From Pristiophorus japonicus (taxonomy: Eukaryota), in NCBI RefSeq assembly GCF_044704955.1, contig NC_091980.1, positions 130,138,001 to 130,202,000 on the forward strand: 64,000 nucleotides of DNA. Direction: 5' to 3'. This document shows positions 17,037 to 33,004 of this stretch, piece after piece. The position numbers were made by a program, and so were the translations under genes. The notes beneath the pieces were generated by a model. The model searched no databases, was not told the DNA's origin, and was given only the letters and a program-made list of their open reading frames with translations. Positions within the stretch are counted from its first letter, which is position 1. Each line of letters opens with the position of its first letter.

Positions 17037-17323
17037 TCATTAGTCCAGGCCTCTGAATTACTTGTCCAGTAACATAACCACTATTTTACCGTACTCTTTG
17101 CATCTCTCAATGGCACTTTTGGAGTATAGATGTCACCACAATTCAGACGTTGATGAGACACAATTCTACAAGTCATGTTGGGTTTTGCGTGCTGATGAGT
17201 TTCACGGCTTCATGTTTTAGATAAAACAAATTCTTCAGCTCACTCGATGTGAAAAACTTTACAGATGCCCTTGTTTTAAGAATTACATAGAATTTACAGC
17301 ACAGAAAAAGGCCATTCAGCCTG

Positions 17324-17461
17324 GCAAATTGCAGTGGTGAGCGGTTCTTCTTGAACGTAAAACGCATCAAGAATGAGGTGAGGAACCGAATGGGACAAGA
17401 TCGATTTAATAGTCTTTCAATCATGAGCATGGAGAGCGAAGTACTGAGAGGACTTGACTTC
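17324..17461 (+). mobile_element. hAT transposase C-terminal dimerisation-domain fragment
   Basis: Translates NCSGERFFLNVKRIKNEVRNRMGQDRFNSLSIMSMESEVLRGLDF, matching the hATC pattern ERxFSxLKxIKxxLRxxMxQxRL. Copies at ~35810-35948 and ~54440-54578. Confidence 0.75.
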
Positions 17462-17789
17462 ACACACTGAGCCTCCTCCCAACCACATTTAACCCGATCA
17501 GCATATCCTTCCAATCCTTCCTCCCTCATGTGTTTATCCAGCTTCCCCTTAAACGCGTCTATGCTGTTTGTCTCAACTATTCCTTTTGATAGCGAGTTAA
17601 ACATTCTGAACACTCTCTGAGTAAAGAAGTTTCTTTTGAAGTCTCTCTTAGATTATTAATTCTAACTTTCCATGTAATTCTATGGAGATCAGAACTGTGC
17701 ACAACACTCCAAGTGTTGTCTTGCCAAGGTTCTGTATAAACTTAACATGCTGCACAGGGATATGGTTCAGTTCACCTCAACCGTGTTCT

Positions 17790-19273
17790 CCCTGTGGCCG
17801 AGGAGCTCCTCCTGGAGTCACAGTGCGTATTTCGGCCCCTACGGGTAACAACGGACATGATCTCTGCAGCACGCCAATTGCAGGAAAAATGCAGGGAGCA
17901 GTGCCAGCCCTTATACATGGCATTTTTCGATCTTATAAAGGCCTTTGAGACTGTCGACCATGAGGGCTTATGGTGCGTCCTACCTCCATTTTGGATACGC
18001 CCAAAGCTTTGGCAACATCCTTCGCCTGCTCCACGGCGTCATGCAGGCCGTGATCCTTATCAGCGGATTTGTTACAGACCCATTCCACGTCCGAAGCGGG
18101 GTCAAACAGGGCTGCGTCATCGCTCCAACGCTTTTCTCAATCTTCTTCGCTGCCAACTCCACCTCACTGACAACAAGCTCCCTGCTGGAGTGGAACTAAA
18201 CTACAGAATCAGTGGGAAGCAGTTTAACCTATGCCCTCTCCAGACCAGTGCAAGACCACCCAAACCTCTGTCGTTGAACTGAGTATGCGGACGACGCCTG
18301 CGTCTGTGCACATTCTGAGGCTGAACTCCAGGATATAGTCGATGTATTCACCGAGGCATATGAAATCATGATCCTTACACTTAAGAGCCTTAAGACAAAG
18401 GTCCACATCAGCCTGTCTTCGTTGCACAGCACGACCACCAGACATCAAGATTCACGGCGTGGCCCTAGAAAACGTGGACCACTTTCCATACCTCGGGAGC
18501 CTCCTGTCAACAAAGGCAGACATTGATGCGGAGATTCAATATCGCCTCCAGTGCACCAGTGCAGTCTTCGGCTGCCTGCGGAAAGGAGTGTTCGAAGACC
18601 AGGCCCTCAAACCTACCACCAAGCTCACGCTCTACAGGGCTGCAGTAATACCACCCTACTGCATGGATCAGAGGCATGGACGACTTACAGAAGGCACATC
18701 CAGTCGCTGGAGATATATCACCAAAGATGCCTCCGTAAGATCCTGCAAATTCCCTGGGAGGACAGACGCACCGACATCAGTGTCCTCGTGCAGGCTAACA
18801 TCCCTAACATTGAAGCACTAACCACATGCGATCAGCTTTGCTGGGCAGGCCACTTAGTCCACATGCCAGACATGAGACTCCCTAAGCAACTGCTCTATGC
18901 GGAACTCCTTGATGGCAAACGAGCCAAAGTTGAGCAGTGGAAACGTTACAAGGACACCCTCAAAACCTCTCTGATGAAGTGCGACAGCACCACTGATGCC
19001 TGGGAGACCCTGGCCGAAGACCATCCTAGTTGGAAAAAGTGTATCCGGGAGGGCATTGAGCTCTTCGAATCTCAACGCTGCGAGCGTGAAGAGGTCAGGC
19101 AGCGGAAGGAAGGTATGGTAAATCAGTGCCACCCACCCCCTAACCCCGATGAATATCTGTCCCATCTGTGACAGGGTCTGTGGCTTTCATGTTGAACTAT
19201 TCAGCCACCAAAGAACTCACTTAAGGTGTGAAAGCAAGTCTTCCTGGATGCTGAGTGACTGCCTATGATGATG
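17790..19273 (+). mobile_element. 5'-truncated, frameshifted RTE-clade LINE
   Basis: ESQCVFRP...ARQLQEKCREQ...AFFDLIKAF, GVKQGCVIAPTLF, YADD, WAGHLVHMPDMRLPKQLLY; ends in gcctatgatgatg tail. Confidence 0.88.
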
Positions 19274-19319
19274 GGTTCAGCTGCAGGTATTTCTCGCTCT
19301 GAGCTCAGAACTGCGCTAA

Positions 19320-19720
19320 TGGTTAACACTCATCTGTGCCTTTATATCTCTAGAATTGACTATTTCAATGCTCTCCTGCTAGCCTTACATGCTCCATAAA
19401 CTTAAGCTTATCCAAAACTCTGCTGCCCGCATCCTAACACACACCTAGTCCCAATCACACATAACCACTGTGCTTGTGGACCATCATTGGCTCCCGGTCT
19501 GACAGCGCCTCAAATTCAAGATTCTTATCCTTGCATTAAAATTTCACCATGGCCCTTCCCTCACCTCTTTTCCCAGCACATTGATAATATCGGTGCTGTT
19601 TCCTGCTCTCACAATAAACTGGAACATTTAATTCACTATGTTCCCAATTTCCACCCTTCACTCACCTTCACATGGTCCATCTCGGTCACTTCACTTCCCT
19701 TTCTCGGCTTCTCTGTCTGT
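19320..19720 (+). mobile_element. L2 3' fragment (~19320-19550) followed by Penelope-like RT fragment (~19560-19720)
   Basis: L2-like ttgactatttcaatgctctcct...atccaaaactctgctgcccg...cattggctcccgg; Penelope-like IDNIGAVSCS...NFHPSLTFTWSISVTSLPFL. Copy at ~56440-56840. Confidence 0.65.
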
Positions 19721-19865
19721 CGTCTCAGTCTATTGGACAAATATCCAATGAGTTGTTTGGATGTTGCTTCAAACCCGCAGATACCTGCAAATGACCAACC
19801 TACTGAACAATCCAGAACTATTAAAAAAACACTGACTCGCAAACAACAGAGGATTCAATGAACCT

Positions 19866-20204
19866 TTCAAGGTGGCCATTAACTGGTCCAGGCAGAGCAC
19901 GGTCGATGTGATGTTCTCTCCGTCTGCATGCCTCTCTTCCGTGGCTATATCCGTGCCCGGGTATTCCTGGATTGGGAGCACGAGGTGTCTCCCGGTATGC
20001 TTGAGGCTTTTTGTCATCGGAGGGCACCAGAGGGAGGGAAGCGCAGCGTGGATACAGGGAAATAATGTAAATTTTTTTCAGTTTTTATGTTAGTTTTGTC
20101 ATAATGTGGATCTGACAGTTGATTCCCCCTTTTCAAGGGAGCACTTATGGTTTAAGTGTTTCCGATAGCTGAATTAAACATTCCAATTAATTTGCCCAAA
20201 GAAT
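19866..20204 (+). mobile_element. Old Tx1/L1-like 3' fragment upstream of the type-A promoter
   Basis: Homologous to 37033-37348 and 16759-17036. Degenerate flanking repeat agaggattcaatgaacct (19848-19865) / agagaatccaattaaacct (20205-20223). Copy at 56984-57321. Confidence 0.6.
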
Positions 20205-20284
20205 AGAGAATCCAATTAAACCTGTGACTCTGAATATTTGAACTGTGTTTGAGGAAAGTTCGGACAAATGAGATCCTCATTGAG

Positions 20285-20515
20285 AAGTCAGCCAATGATG
20301 TTCATTCTTCAAAGATCTGACTGGCTCTGGGAGTCCATCTCCCTCCTCCCTTTGGTGCTCTGAGAAGATACAACTTCTGATTGGTATTGATGACTGTCAC
20401 TCATCATCAAGAGTGCCACACCCTGGATTATCCCTCAGTATAAATATTTGAGTTTGGTGAACTGTTACTTTTGTACTTCTACAAAGTTTTTACTTTGGAA
20501 AAATAAAATATTAAC
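20285..20515 (+). promoter_or_regulatory. A3 proximal promoter: CCAAT 20292-20296, ATTGG 20380-20384, TATAAA 20439-20444
   Basis: Motifs read directly; TATA is 77 bp upstream of the ATG; conserved with A7 and C5. Confidence 0.7.
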
Positions 20516-24804
<4,289 letters not shown>

Positions 24805-25099
24805 TCAGTACTTGTGTTTATACAATATGTGTGAGACTCTGTCCTACATAGAATGGTGGCTTTGTACAGGCTGAGACCTGGGCTCTTGATGTGAAATGTA
24901 ATCAACTGTAAATAAACTGTTCAATATTGGACTGGGTTTTGTCTCCTTGCAAGTTAGTGGTTGCTTATTTTCCATTTACCATAACTTGTTTGCAGCACAA
25001 GTATTGCACGAGGCTATGCAACAATCATACATTGGCCTCCTGTGCTGTAACCACTCAGCTGGCTCTCCAAGAACACTTCAGCTAGTCCTACTCCCTTGC

Positions 25100-26120
25100 A
25101 TTCCATATTGACTTTGTCTCATCCCGTTGATATTTTCGAAGAGTCCCTTTATCACATTCTAAGAATGTTAGGCGAACCGGGCTGCAGTTACCTGTTCGTT
25201 CTCCTTTTTTAAAATAGTGGGGTTACATTTGCCACCCTCCATTCTGCAGCAACTGTTCCATAATCTGTAGAAATTTGGAACATGATAACCAATGCATCCA
25301 CTATTTCCATGGCTACCACTTTTATTCCTCTGGAATGCAGATTATCAGGCCCTGGGGATTTATCAGCTTTCAGTCCCATTAGTTTCTCCAGCACTATTTT
25401 CTGACTAATAATCATTCCCTTTAATTTCTCTTGCTCACTGGACCCTTAGTTCCCTAGCATTTCTGGGATGTTATTTGTGTCCTCTTCTGTGAAGACAGAA
25501 CCAAAGTATTTAATTGTTTGTTCCCCATTATAAATTTTCCCATTTGTGACTGAAAAGGACCTACATTTGTCTTCACTAATCTTTTTCTTTTTACATAAAT
25601 GGGAGAAACCTTTACAGTCGGTTTTTATGATCCTTGCAAGTTTAGTCTCATACACTATTTTCCCCCTCTTAAACAATCTCTTCCTTTTTTGCTGAATACT
25701 AAATTGCTCCCAATCCTCAGGATTGCTACTTCTTCTGGCAACTTTGTATGACGACTCTTTGGATCTAATACTAACCTTAATTTCTTGTGTAAACCATGGT
25801 TGGGCCACTTTTCCTTTTGTGTTTTTGCAGCAGAAAGGAATGTATAATTGTTGCAATTCATGCATTTGTTCCTTAAATGTTAGCCATTGACTATCCACCA
25901 TCATGCCTTTTAATGACTCTTCCCAATCTATCATAGCCATTCCTCATACCTTTGTAGTTTCCTCTGTTTAGATTTAGGACCTAGTTTTGGATTGGACAAC
26001 TTCACTTTCAATCTTCATGAAGAATTCAATTATGTTATGATCATTCTTCCCTAAAGAACCCCGCACAAAAAGACTACTAATTAACGCCTTCTCATTGTAC
26101 AATACCCAATCTACGATAGC
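25100..26120 (-). mobile_element. Decayed CR1 fragment (paralogue of ~6425-7450)
   Basis: ORFs 25209-25415 and 25446-25940 (KLMGLKADKSPGPDNLH; WRVANVTPLF). Confidence 0.8.
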
Positions 26121-26161
26121 TATTCAGACATGCTGAAGACCTAATTTCAATTGCACGTATA

Positions 26162-26366
26162 TGTAACGACTCAAAAACCTGGTTGCTGTAAACTCACTCA
26201 GGTGCAACATCATCCATCTTTATTCCAGCCCAAGAGTGCCAGAGTGACAAAGACACCCAGCTTATATACAGGTGATCAAGCACACATGCCATGTGTGTAC
26301 AGCCCGATGATCTCCGACTGCGGCGCCCTTTGGTGCCTTGTGACTCCCAAGCATTAATACAGAAGA
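26162..26366 (-). mobile_element. Solo LTR, paralogue of 7495-7697, TSD GTATA
   Basis: Direct alignment; GTATA at 26157-26161 and 26367-26371. Confidence 0.7.
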
Positions 26367-26685
26367 GTATATCTTGCAAATTCTATTCATGCATTTCAAT
26401 CAAGCGTTGCAATGCTGTAATACAACAAGTGAAAATGTTTACGTTTGTTCAGTCACATAAGGCAGTGGGACCACAGGTCCATTTTAGTGTCTTAAAGGAG
26501 GCAGAGAGGTTTACATAACATGCGTATGCCATTTGGCACCTCGAGCCTGTTCCGCCATTCAGTAAAATCATGACTGGTCTGATCTTGGTCTCAACACTTT
26601 CCTGCCTGTTCCCCATAACCCTTGACTCTCCTATTGTTCAAAAATCTATCTATCTCCACCTTAAATGTATTCAATGACCCTGCCT

Positions 26686-26945
26686 CCACACACGCACACA
26701 CACACGCATACACACACACAGACACACACAGTACTGAGTGAGTGCCGCACTGTCAGAGGGGCCAGTACAGAGGGATTGCCGCACTGTTAGAGGGGCAGTA
26801 CTGAGGAAGCGCCATACTGTCGGAGGGGCAGTACTGAGGGAGGGCCGCACTGTCAGAGGGGCAATACTCACAAGAATCTGCACTGTCGGAGGGGCAGCAC
26901 GAAGGGATTGCCACACTGTCTGAAGGGCAGTACTGAGGGATTGTT
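26686..26945. repeat. Imperfect (CA)n plus ~33-bp minisatellite, about 6.5 units
   Basis: Repeated gggcagtactgagggaNNgccgcactgtcNgag units; the repetitive YCPSDS ORF is an artefact of them. Confidence 0.88.
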
Positions 26946-28660
26946 GCACAGACGCATGTTTGATACAGGTGGGTCAACTGTGCTCATTGGTGGCATCTCC
27001 CCTGAAAGGGTAGTGCCTGTGGTGTGATTGGTGGCTCTGGATCTGAATCACTGCCGCACTCTCTGCCCTATCTAAAGCAGAATTTTAATCCAAGGGAACA
27101 CCTCTCATCAGCTCATCCAGGACTGAACCAGTTCTGCACTGAAACCAGACGTCACGGCTATGAATCTCCGGGACACACCAGCATGAAAGGTCAATGACCA
27201 GAGGGGAGAGATGAGGACGATTATTTTAACGCAGCGAGTTGTTGTGATCCGGAATGCGCTGCCTGAAAGGGCAGTGGAATCAGATTCAACAGTAACTTTA
27301 AAGAGGGAATTGCTTATATATTTGACAAAAGTTGCAGGGCTATGGCGAAGGAGCTGAGGAGTGGGACTAATTGGATCGCTCTTACAAAGTGCCTGCATAG
27401 GCACGATGGGCCGGATGGCCTCTTTCTGTGCTGATAGAATCTATGATGAGCCAGTTAGAGCATATCTGAGCATCATCATTTCAATCAGATTAAAATATTC
27501 ATCATTTCAATCAGATTTAAATATTCTTTCGCCTCACTGAAAACTGACTGTAAAACAACTCGTCTAACACATCAAATTGAGGGGCAGGAAAAGACCAGCT
27601 GGTCCATCAAGCCTGCCCAAAACATGCCAGAGCAAATCATAGAATGATAGAATGGTTACAGCACAGAGGGAGGCCATTCGGCTCGTCGAGCCCGTGCCGG
27701 CTCTCTTCAAGAGCACTTCAGCTAGTCCCACTCCCACGCCCTTCCCCCGCAGCCCTGCTATTAATTTTTCCTTCAGGTACTTATCCAATTCCCTTTTGAA
27801 AGCCACGATTGAGTCTACCTCCACCACCCTCTCCGGCATTGCATTCCAGATCCCAACCATTCGCTGTGGAAACATGTCGCCTTTGGTTCTTTTGCCAGTC
27901 ACATTAAATCTATGTCCTCTGGTTCTCGACCCTTCTGCCAATGGGAACTATTCCTGTCTATCGACTCTGTCCAGACACCTCATGATTTTGAATCCCTCTA
28001 TCAAATGGAGACGTGTCTGTGGGTGACAATGTGTTCAGTAATGTTCACTCCCTCTCATTTTCGCTCAATATATTGAATTTTACCAGGCATCATTCCATGA
28101 GAATAAAAATGACAGATCATTGATGCCCCCATGTAGCCAATCCTCAGACACGTGCCCATTCTCTATATTCGAACTGGGGGAAGTTCACACCATCCACAGG
28201 ATGGAATTCCCATTCCACTGGCCAATGGTTGGTTTGTAAATGCACCAAGACGACTTGATTTCTTTGAATATTGTCTCAGTGCCACAGAAACTTGCAAGTA
28301 ACAAACTTCGCCAGATTATGAAAAACCCCTTTGGCGAAAGTAGAAAATTATAATTTCATTCAAGTGAGAGCGTTAAACAACGGCACACTTTTAGATTTGA
28401 AGACGTTCAAGGAACCCAAAGGCAGTGACATCACCAAGACAGATCTCCCCCAGACCCCTCCTACAAATCCCCTCTCCTTTGTTAATTGGTGCCTCAATTC
28501 AGGGAAGATTCCTGATTGGCTCTGAGGGATTGTCAATCATCATTGGTGATGTCATACCCTGTTTGAATGCAGCTGTTCCAATAGTATAAATACAGGAGCT
28601 TGCGCAAGACAGCATGGGTTTCAGAACTGTGCAGAGGATAGTGAAATATAGATAGTGAAG

Positions 28661-31223
28661 ATGGCCTCCCAAGTGTGTCAGAACTACCACAAGGAATGTG
28701 AGGATGCTGTCAACAAGCAGATCAACATGGAGCTATGTTCCTCCTATGTTTACCTCTCCATGGTGAGTCGTGTATTACTTGTTGCTGCATTCTGAAAAGT
28801 TGTTAATTTTCCAGTTCAATGAATTGTCTTTAAGTTGTATTTCTCTGGACTTCCTTCCCTGGGGGAGCAGAGTCTTTGGGCAGTGAGGACTTCAGGTGTG
28901 TAATACAGGGGATCATGTTGACTTCATGGACTGCTCCCTGTAGCAGCTGCCCTCTATTGAGGTTTAATATCTGAAAACAGCTCAGCTGCTGCCTGAGTGT
29001 GACAGAAGAGCACAAACCTGGTCAGGGGCCTGTTGACCTGAAACAATGTTCAGTTTCAGTGGGGGACTGCAGTGAGTGAAATGTGGGCAGGTCCTCACTT
29101 GTGTTCTCATTAATTGGAGGTGATGTACTGAGCATTCTGGTGTTGGAGCCTTGCTCACTGCTGAGATCTCTATTGCACTATTGCTGTGTAAACTACTGGA
29201 GTGGAGGATTTTTCTCATTCTATGTCCAAATTTTGATTAGAATGGAAGAATCATCATTTCTATAATGCCTTTCACTACCTTGGAATATCCAAAGTGCTTT
29301 GTAGCCAATGAAGGAGTTAAGTGTAGTTACCTGTTGTGGGAAATGCAGCAGCCAATTGGTGCACAGAATGCTCCCACAAACTGCAATGAGATAATGATCA
29401 GATCATCTGTTTTACTGGTGTTGGTTGAGGGATAAATATTGGCCAGAACACTGCAGAGAGCTCCCTGCAGTAGTATCTAAAACATGGAGTAGGCTTGAGT
29501 GACCAATGGCTGACTCCTGTCATTCACTAAGATCATTGCTAATCTTGTACCTCAATTCCACCTCCTGCACTTTTCCCACATCCTTTGCTATCCAAAAATT
29601 TATTGCTCTCTCGAATATGCTCAATGACTGGAATTCTCTACCCCAGGAGCTGTGGAGGCTCAAAGAGTCATTAGAGTGAAGAAATTCCTGCTCATCTCAG
29701 TCCTCAATGACTGACCCCTGGTTCTAAACTCTCCAGCAAGGGGAACCATCCTCCCTGCATCCAATCCTTCAAGCCCTGTAAGAATTTTGTACGTTTCTAA
29801 TGACATCACCTCTCCTGCTTTTAAACTCTGGAATAGAGGCTCAGTCTGCTCAATCTCTCCTCCTTGATCTTTCACATCCACCTGATGACTGACACACTCT
29901 CGTGTGAATGTCAGAAAGTAGAGGAGTTATTGCTTATCCAGGAGTAGAATTTGGTTTGACTAGACATGAAATATAATCCTGAACTTTAGTTTATCGGTTC
30001 AACCAGTGAAGAAAAACTTTCATTGTGCTATAGGGAGATGAGGCTCAACTCCGATTGATGAAGTCAATGGCATTTTGCTAGTTTACAAATGGTGTCTATT
30101 TTTTTGAAGGATTAAGAATTCACTAACTAGGGGAAAAATAACTTGCATTTTATATGAAGATCAAGGTCTAAATAGGCTGTCTTAATTTCTCTCTGCAGTC
30201 CTTCTACTTTGATCGGGATGATGTTGCCCTGTGTCACTTTGCTGAGTTCTTCAAGGAGCAGTCACATGAGGAACGTGAGCATGCTGAGAAGCTGATGCAA
30301 TTCCAGAATTGCCGTGGAGGACTGATCATCTTGTCTGACATCAAGGTTTGGTTCAATTATCTAGTGGCCTTCTGTCTGGATACCCTTAGACCTGATTGTT
30401 TCAAATATCTCAAAGCAATTGATTCCATGGTTGTGGTAGTGGAATCCAGTAATTCTATATTCCTGTGACACATTGTTTATGGTAAAATGGACTTCTGGTT
30501 GCTTTTTCATCCTATTTACCTTTGTACTGCATTTTGTATTTTGTTTGTTCCATTGTAAGTGAACTACCTGTGAGTTTCCTCTTCAGAAACCAGAGCAGGA
30601 TGAGTGGAGCAATGGTCTGGATGCAATGCAGAGAGCTCTGCAGATGGAGAAGAATATGAACCAGAGTCTGCTGGATCTGCACAAAATCTCCACTGGGAGC
30701 ACTGACCCTCATGTAAGTTCATGTGGGTTTCTGGGTAACTTGGAGGTGGTGGAACATTGCTATCCTTGAGCTGTTTCAAAAGTGCTCCATGCCCAATAGC
30801 TTTGTTTTTGGGGGGTGGGTGGGTGGGGGGGGGGGTGTTCTCTCTTGGGCTCTTCAGGGAGTGGGGGAAGAGGACCATGAAGTTGGCCTACTGTGGACAT
30901 TGAGAAATAAATGGGTCCCAATATTTCCAGGATCTAAGCTCACATTTGTGCAGGAGTTACTGGATCATTAGAGCAAATGTACATCCATTTCAATTGCCCT
31001 ACCTGATCCTTCTCCATTCCTAGAGAATTAAAATCCTAAATTGAGGGGATGCTCTGATCCTTGATATCTGCTACTGGCCATAACTCATTTCCCTCTTCTC
31101 TTTCAAGTGAAGATGATCAAGAAGCTTGGAGATCACATCACCAACCTGAAGAGCCTGGGAGCCTCTGAGAATGGCCTGGGAGAGTATCTGTTTGACAAGC
31201 ACACTCTGGGGGAGAGTGACTAA
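28661..31223 (+). pseudogene. Ferritin copy B4, probable pseudogene: exons 28661-28762, 30199-30345, 30587-30712; exon 4 has lost its acceptor and first 12 codons (39-bp deletion at ~31104)
   Basis: Reads tttcaagtgaagatg where paralogues read tttcag|ttgtgtgac...gaacaagtgaagatg. Exons 1-3 open; TATAAA at 28585-28590 intact. Confidence 0.88.
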
Positions 31224-33004
31224 ACTGACTGACTGGGATCAAGCTTATTGTGTTTATTACTTGTATTTATATAATCTGGCCCCTGTACTGTAGGGAATGA
31301 ATGCTTGTGACTTTGTACAAAGAGCTGCAACCCATAATTGTAAATAAACTGTTCAACATTGGGCTGTGTTTTGTCCCCTTGTAAGTTTGAGTGGTTACTT
31401 ATTTTTCATTTTAACATAACTTCGTTTCTATTGAACAAGAATTACACTGAGCTGTGCAATATTTATATGGGATTCAGTCCTCTGCAATGTGTGTTGCAAT
31501 TGTGTAATGTCTATGTATTGACTGGGCCATTCAGGCACTTGTTATAAGATCTAATATGTTCAATGGTGTGTTTGGACAACTGGCAGCCCCATAGCATATT
31601 GGCCCAGTGACCAAAAGTCTGGTCAGAGGTATGTATTAAGGAGGTACAGAGATGTTTAGGAAGGCATCTCTAGAGCTAGGGACTGAGAAGCTGTATACAA
31701 TTACCTGTTCCAAAGATCTGTTTTTGTACAAATGAGAATTCAATCCAACAAGATGTAACATCTGCTAAACACAGGACGAATTTGCCAGTAAATTATTGTT
31801 GCACCATTCCAGTCCAAGGAAAAAGTCCTGGATTAGCTTCCGATTTAGTGTATGTGCCTCGTGAACAAACAGCAGTTTCATTCAATAGCTGCAACAGATC
31901 CTCTTCAGTTATTCAGGTAGTTTAGTAATGGCACTCACCACTCCTGCTATAGGTTTGCTGGTAAGCTTTGGAGGTAGAAAAGCAATGTCTCAGCACACTA
32001 AACTCTGGGCACTACAAGTGGCAGAGGAGGGAAAGCAACAGGTACCATTAGCTTACTGTGGTTTGTGTGGATACTCTAGTGGGCCTGGGACAGTGGGTCA
32101 GGGACAGCTTCTTTTCCACCTGCTCCCATCATGGTTGAATAACTTGCCAACATAACCTCCATTCACATGCATAAGGAATTGGATAACGTATTGAAAGACT
32201 AACAATACTCCAACAAAATGTAATAGTTGGTGAAGGAGTAAATGTATTTAATTCCACAAAGCAAAAGGCACAAGATGTTAAACCCATTTCTACCCTGCCC
32301 TGGCCACTGCTGAAACACTCAATTTTAAAAGCCTAGCGATTATTTTCTTTAGTACCATTGTGAATTTCATTACTATCACCCTGGATTAGATCACCATTTC
32401 TTTCCTTCGTGGCAATGAATGGTTTCAAATGGTATTGCTGCGGCTCTAATAATAGTGTTTACAAGTTATTTTTAGGAATTTAGCTGAGAACTGTGTTGAG
32501 TGCAATTAAATTGCTAAGTACCGATATTCCATGTTAATGTCTTAGCAACACTCAAGCGCCTTTCTGATATCGATGCTAGAAAATGTCATTATATTGATGA
32601 GCCACAGTTCCATGAGTCGGCCTGGGTTTGCGTGCTTCATGGATCAACATCTCTCCAGCTCACTCGATGTGAAACTTTACAGGTGCTCGTGTTTTAAGAA
32701 TTACTTACAATTTACAGCACAGGAAAAAGACCACTTCGGCCAACTGGCCCATGCTGTGGTTTATGCTCCATGTGAAACTTGTCCCACCCCACTTCATGTA
32801 GACCTATTAGCATATCCTTCTATTCCTTTCTCCCTTGTGTTTATCCAGCTTTCCCTTAAGTGCATCTATGCTCTTTGCATTCAGAGTTATTACTGCGAGT
32901 AGCTCAGTAAACGCACCGCTGCTGCTGTGGATTTTCTGTTAAGCTGTGTGGGTAAAGAAGTGAGTAACAGCTATAGAGACCCGCAATGTTTGAGCTCAAG
33001 GACA

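Noticed and set aside
26728-26945. 33-bp repeats as a CRISPR-like array
   Set aside because: Units are contiguous with no unique spacers, there are no cas genes, and the context is eukaryotic.
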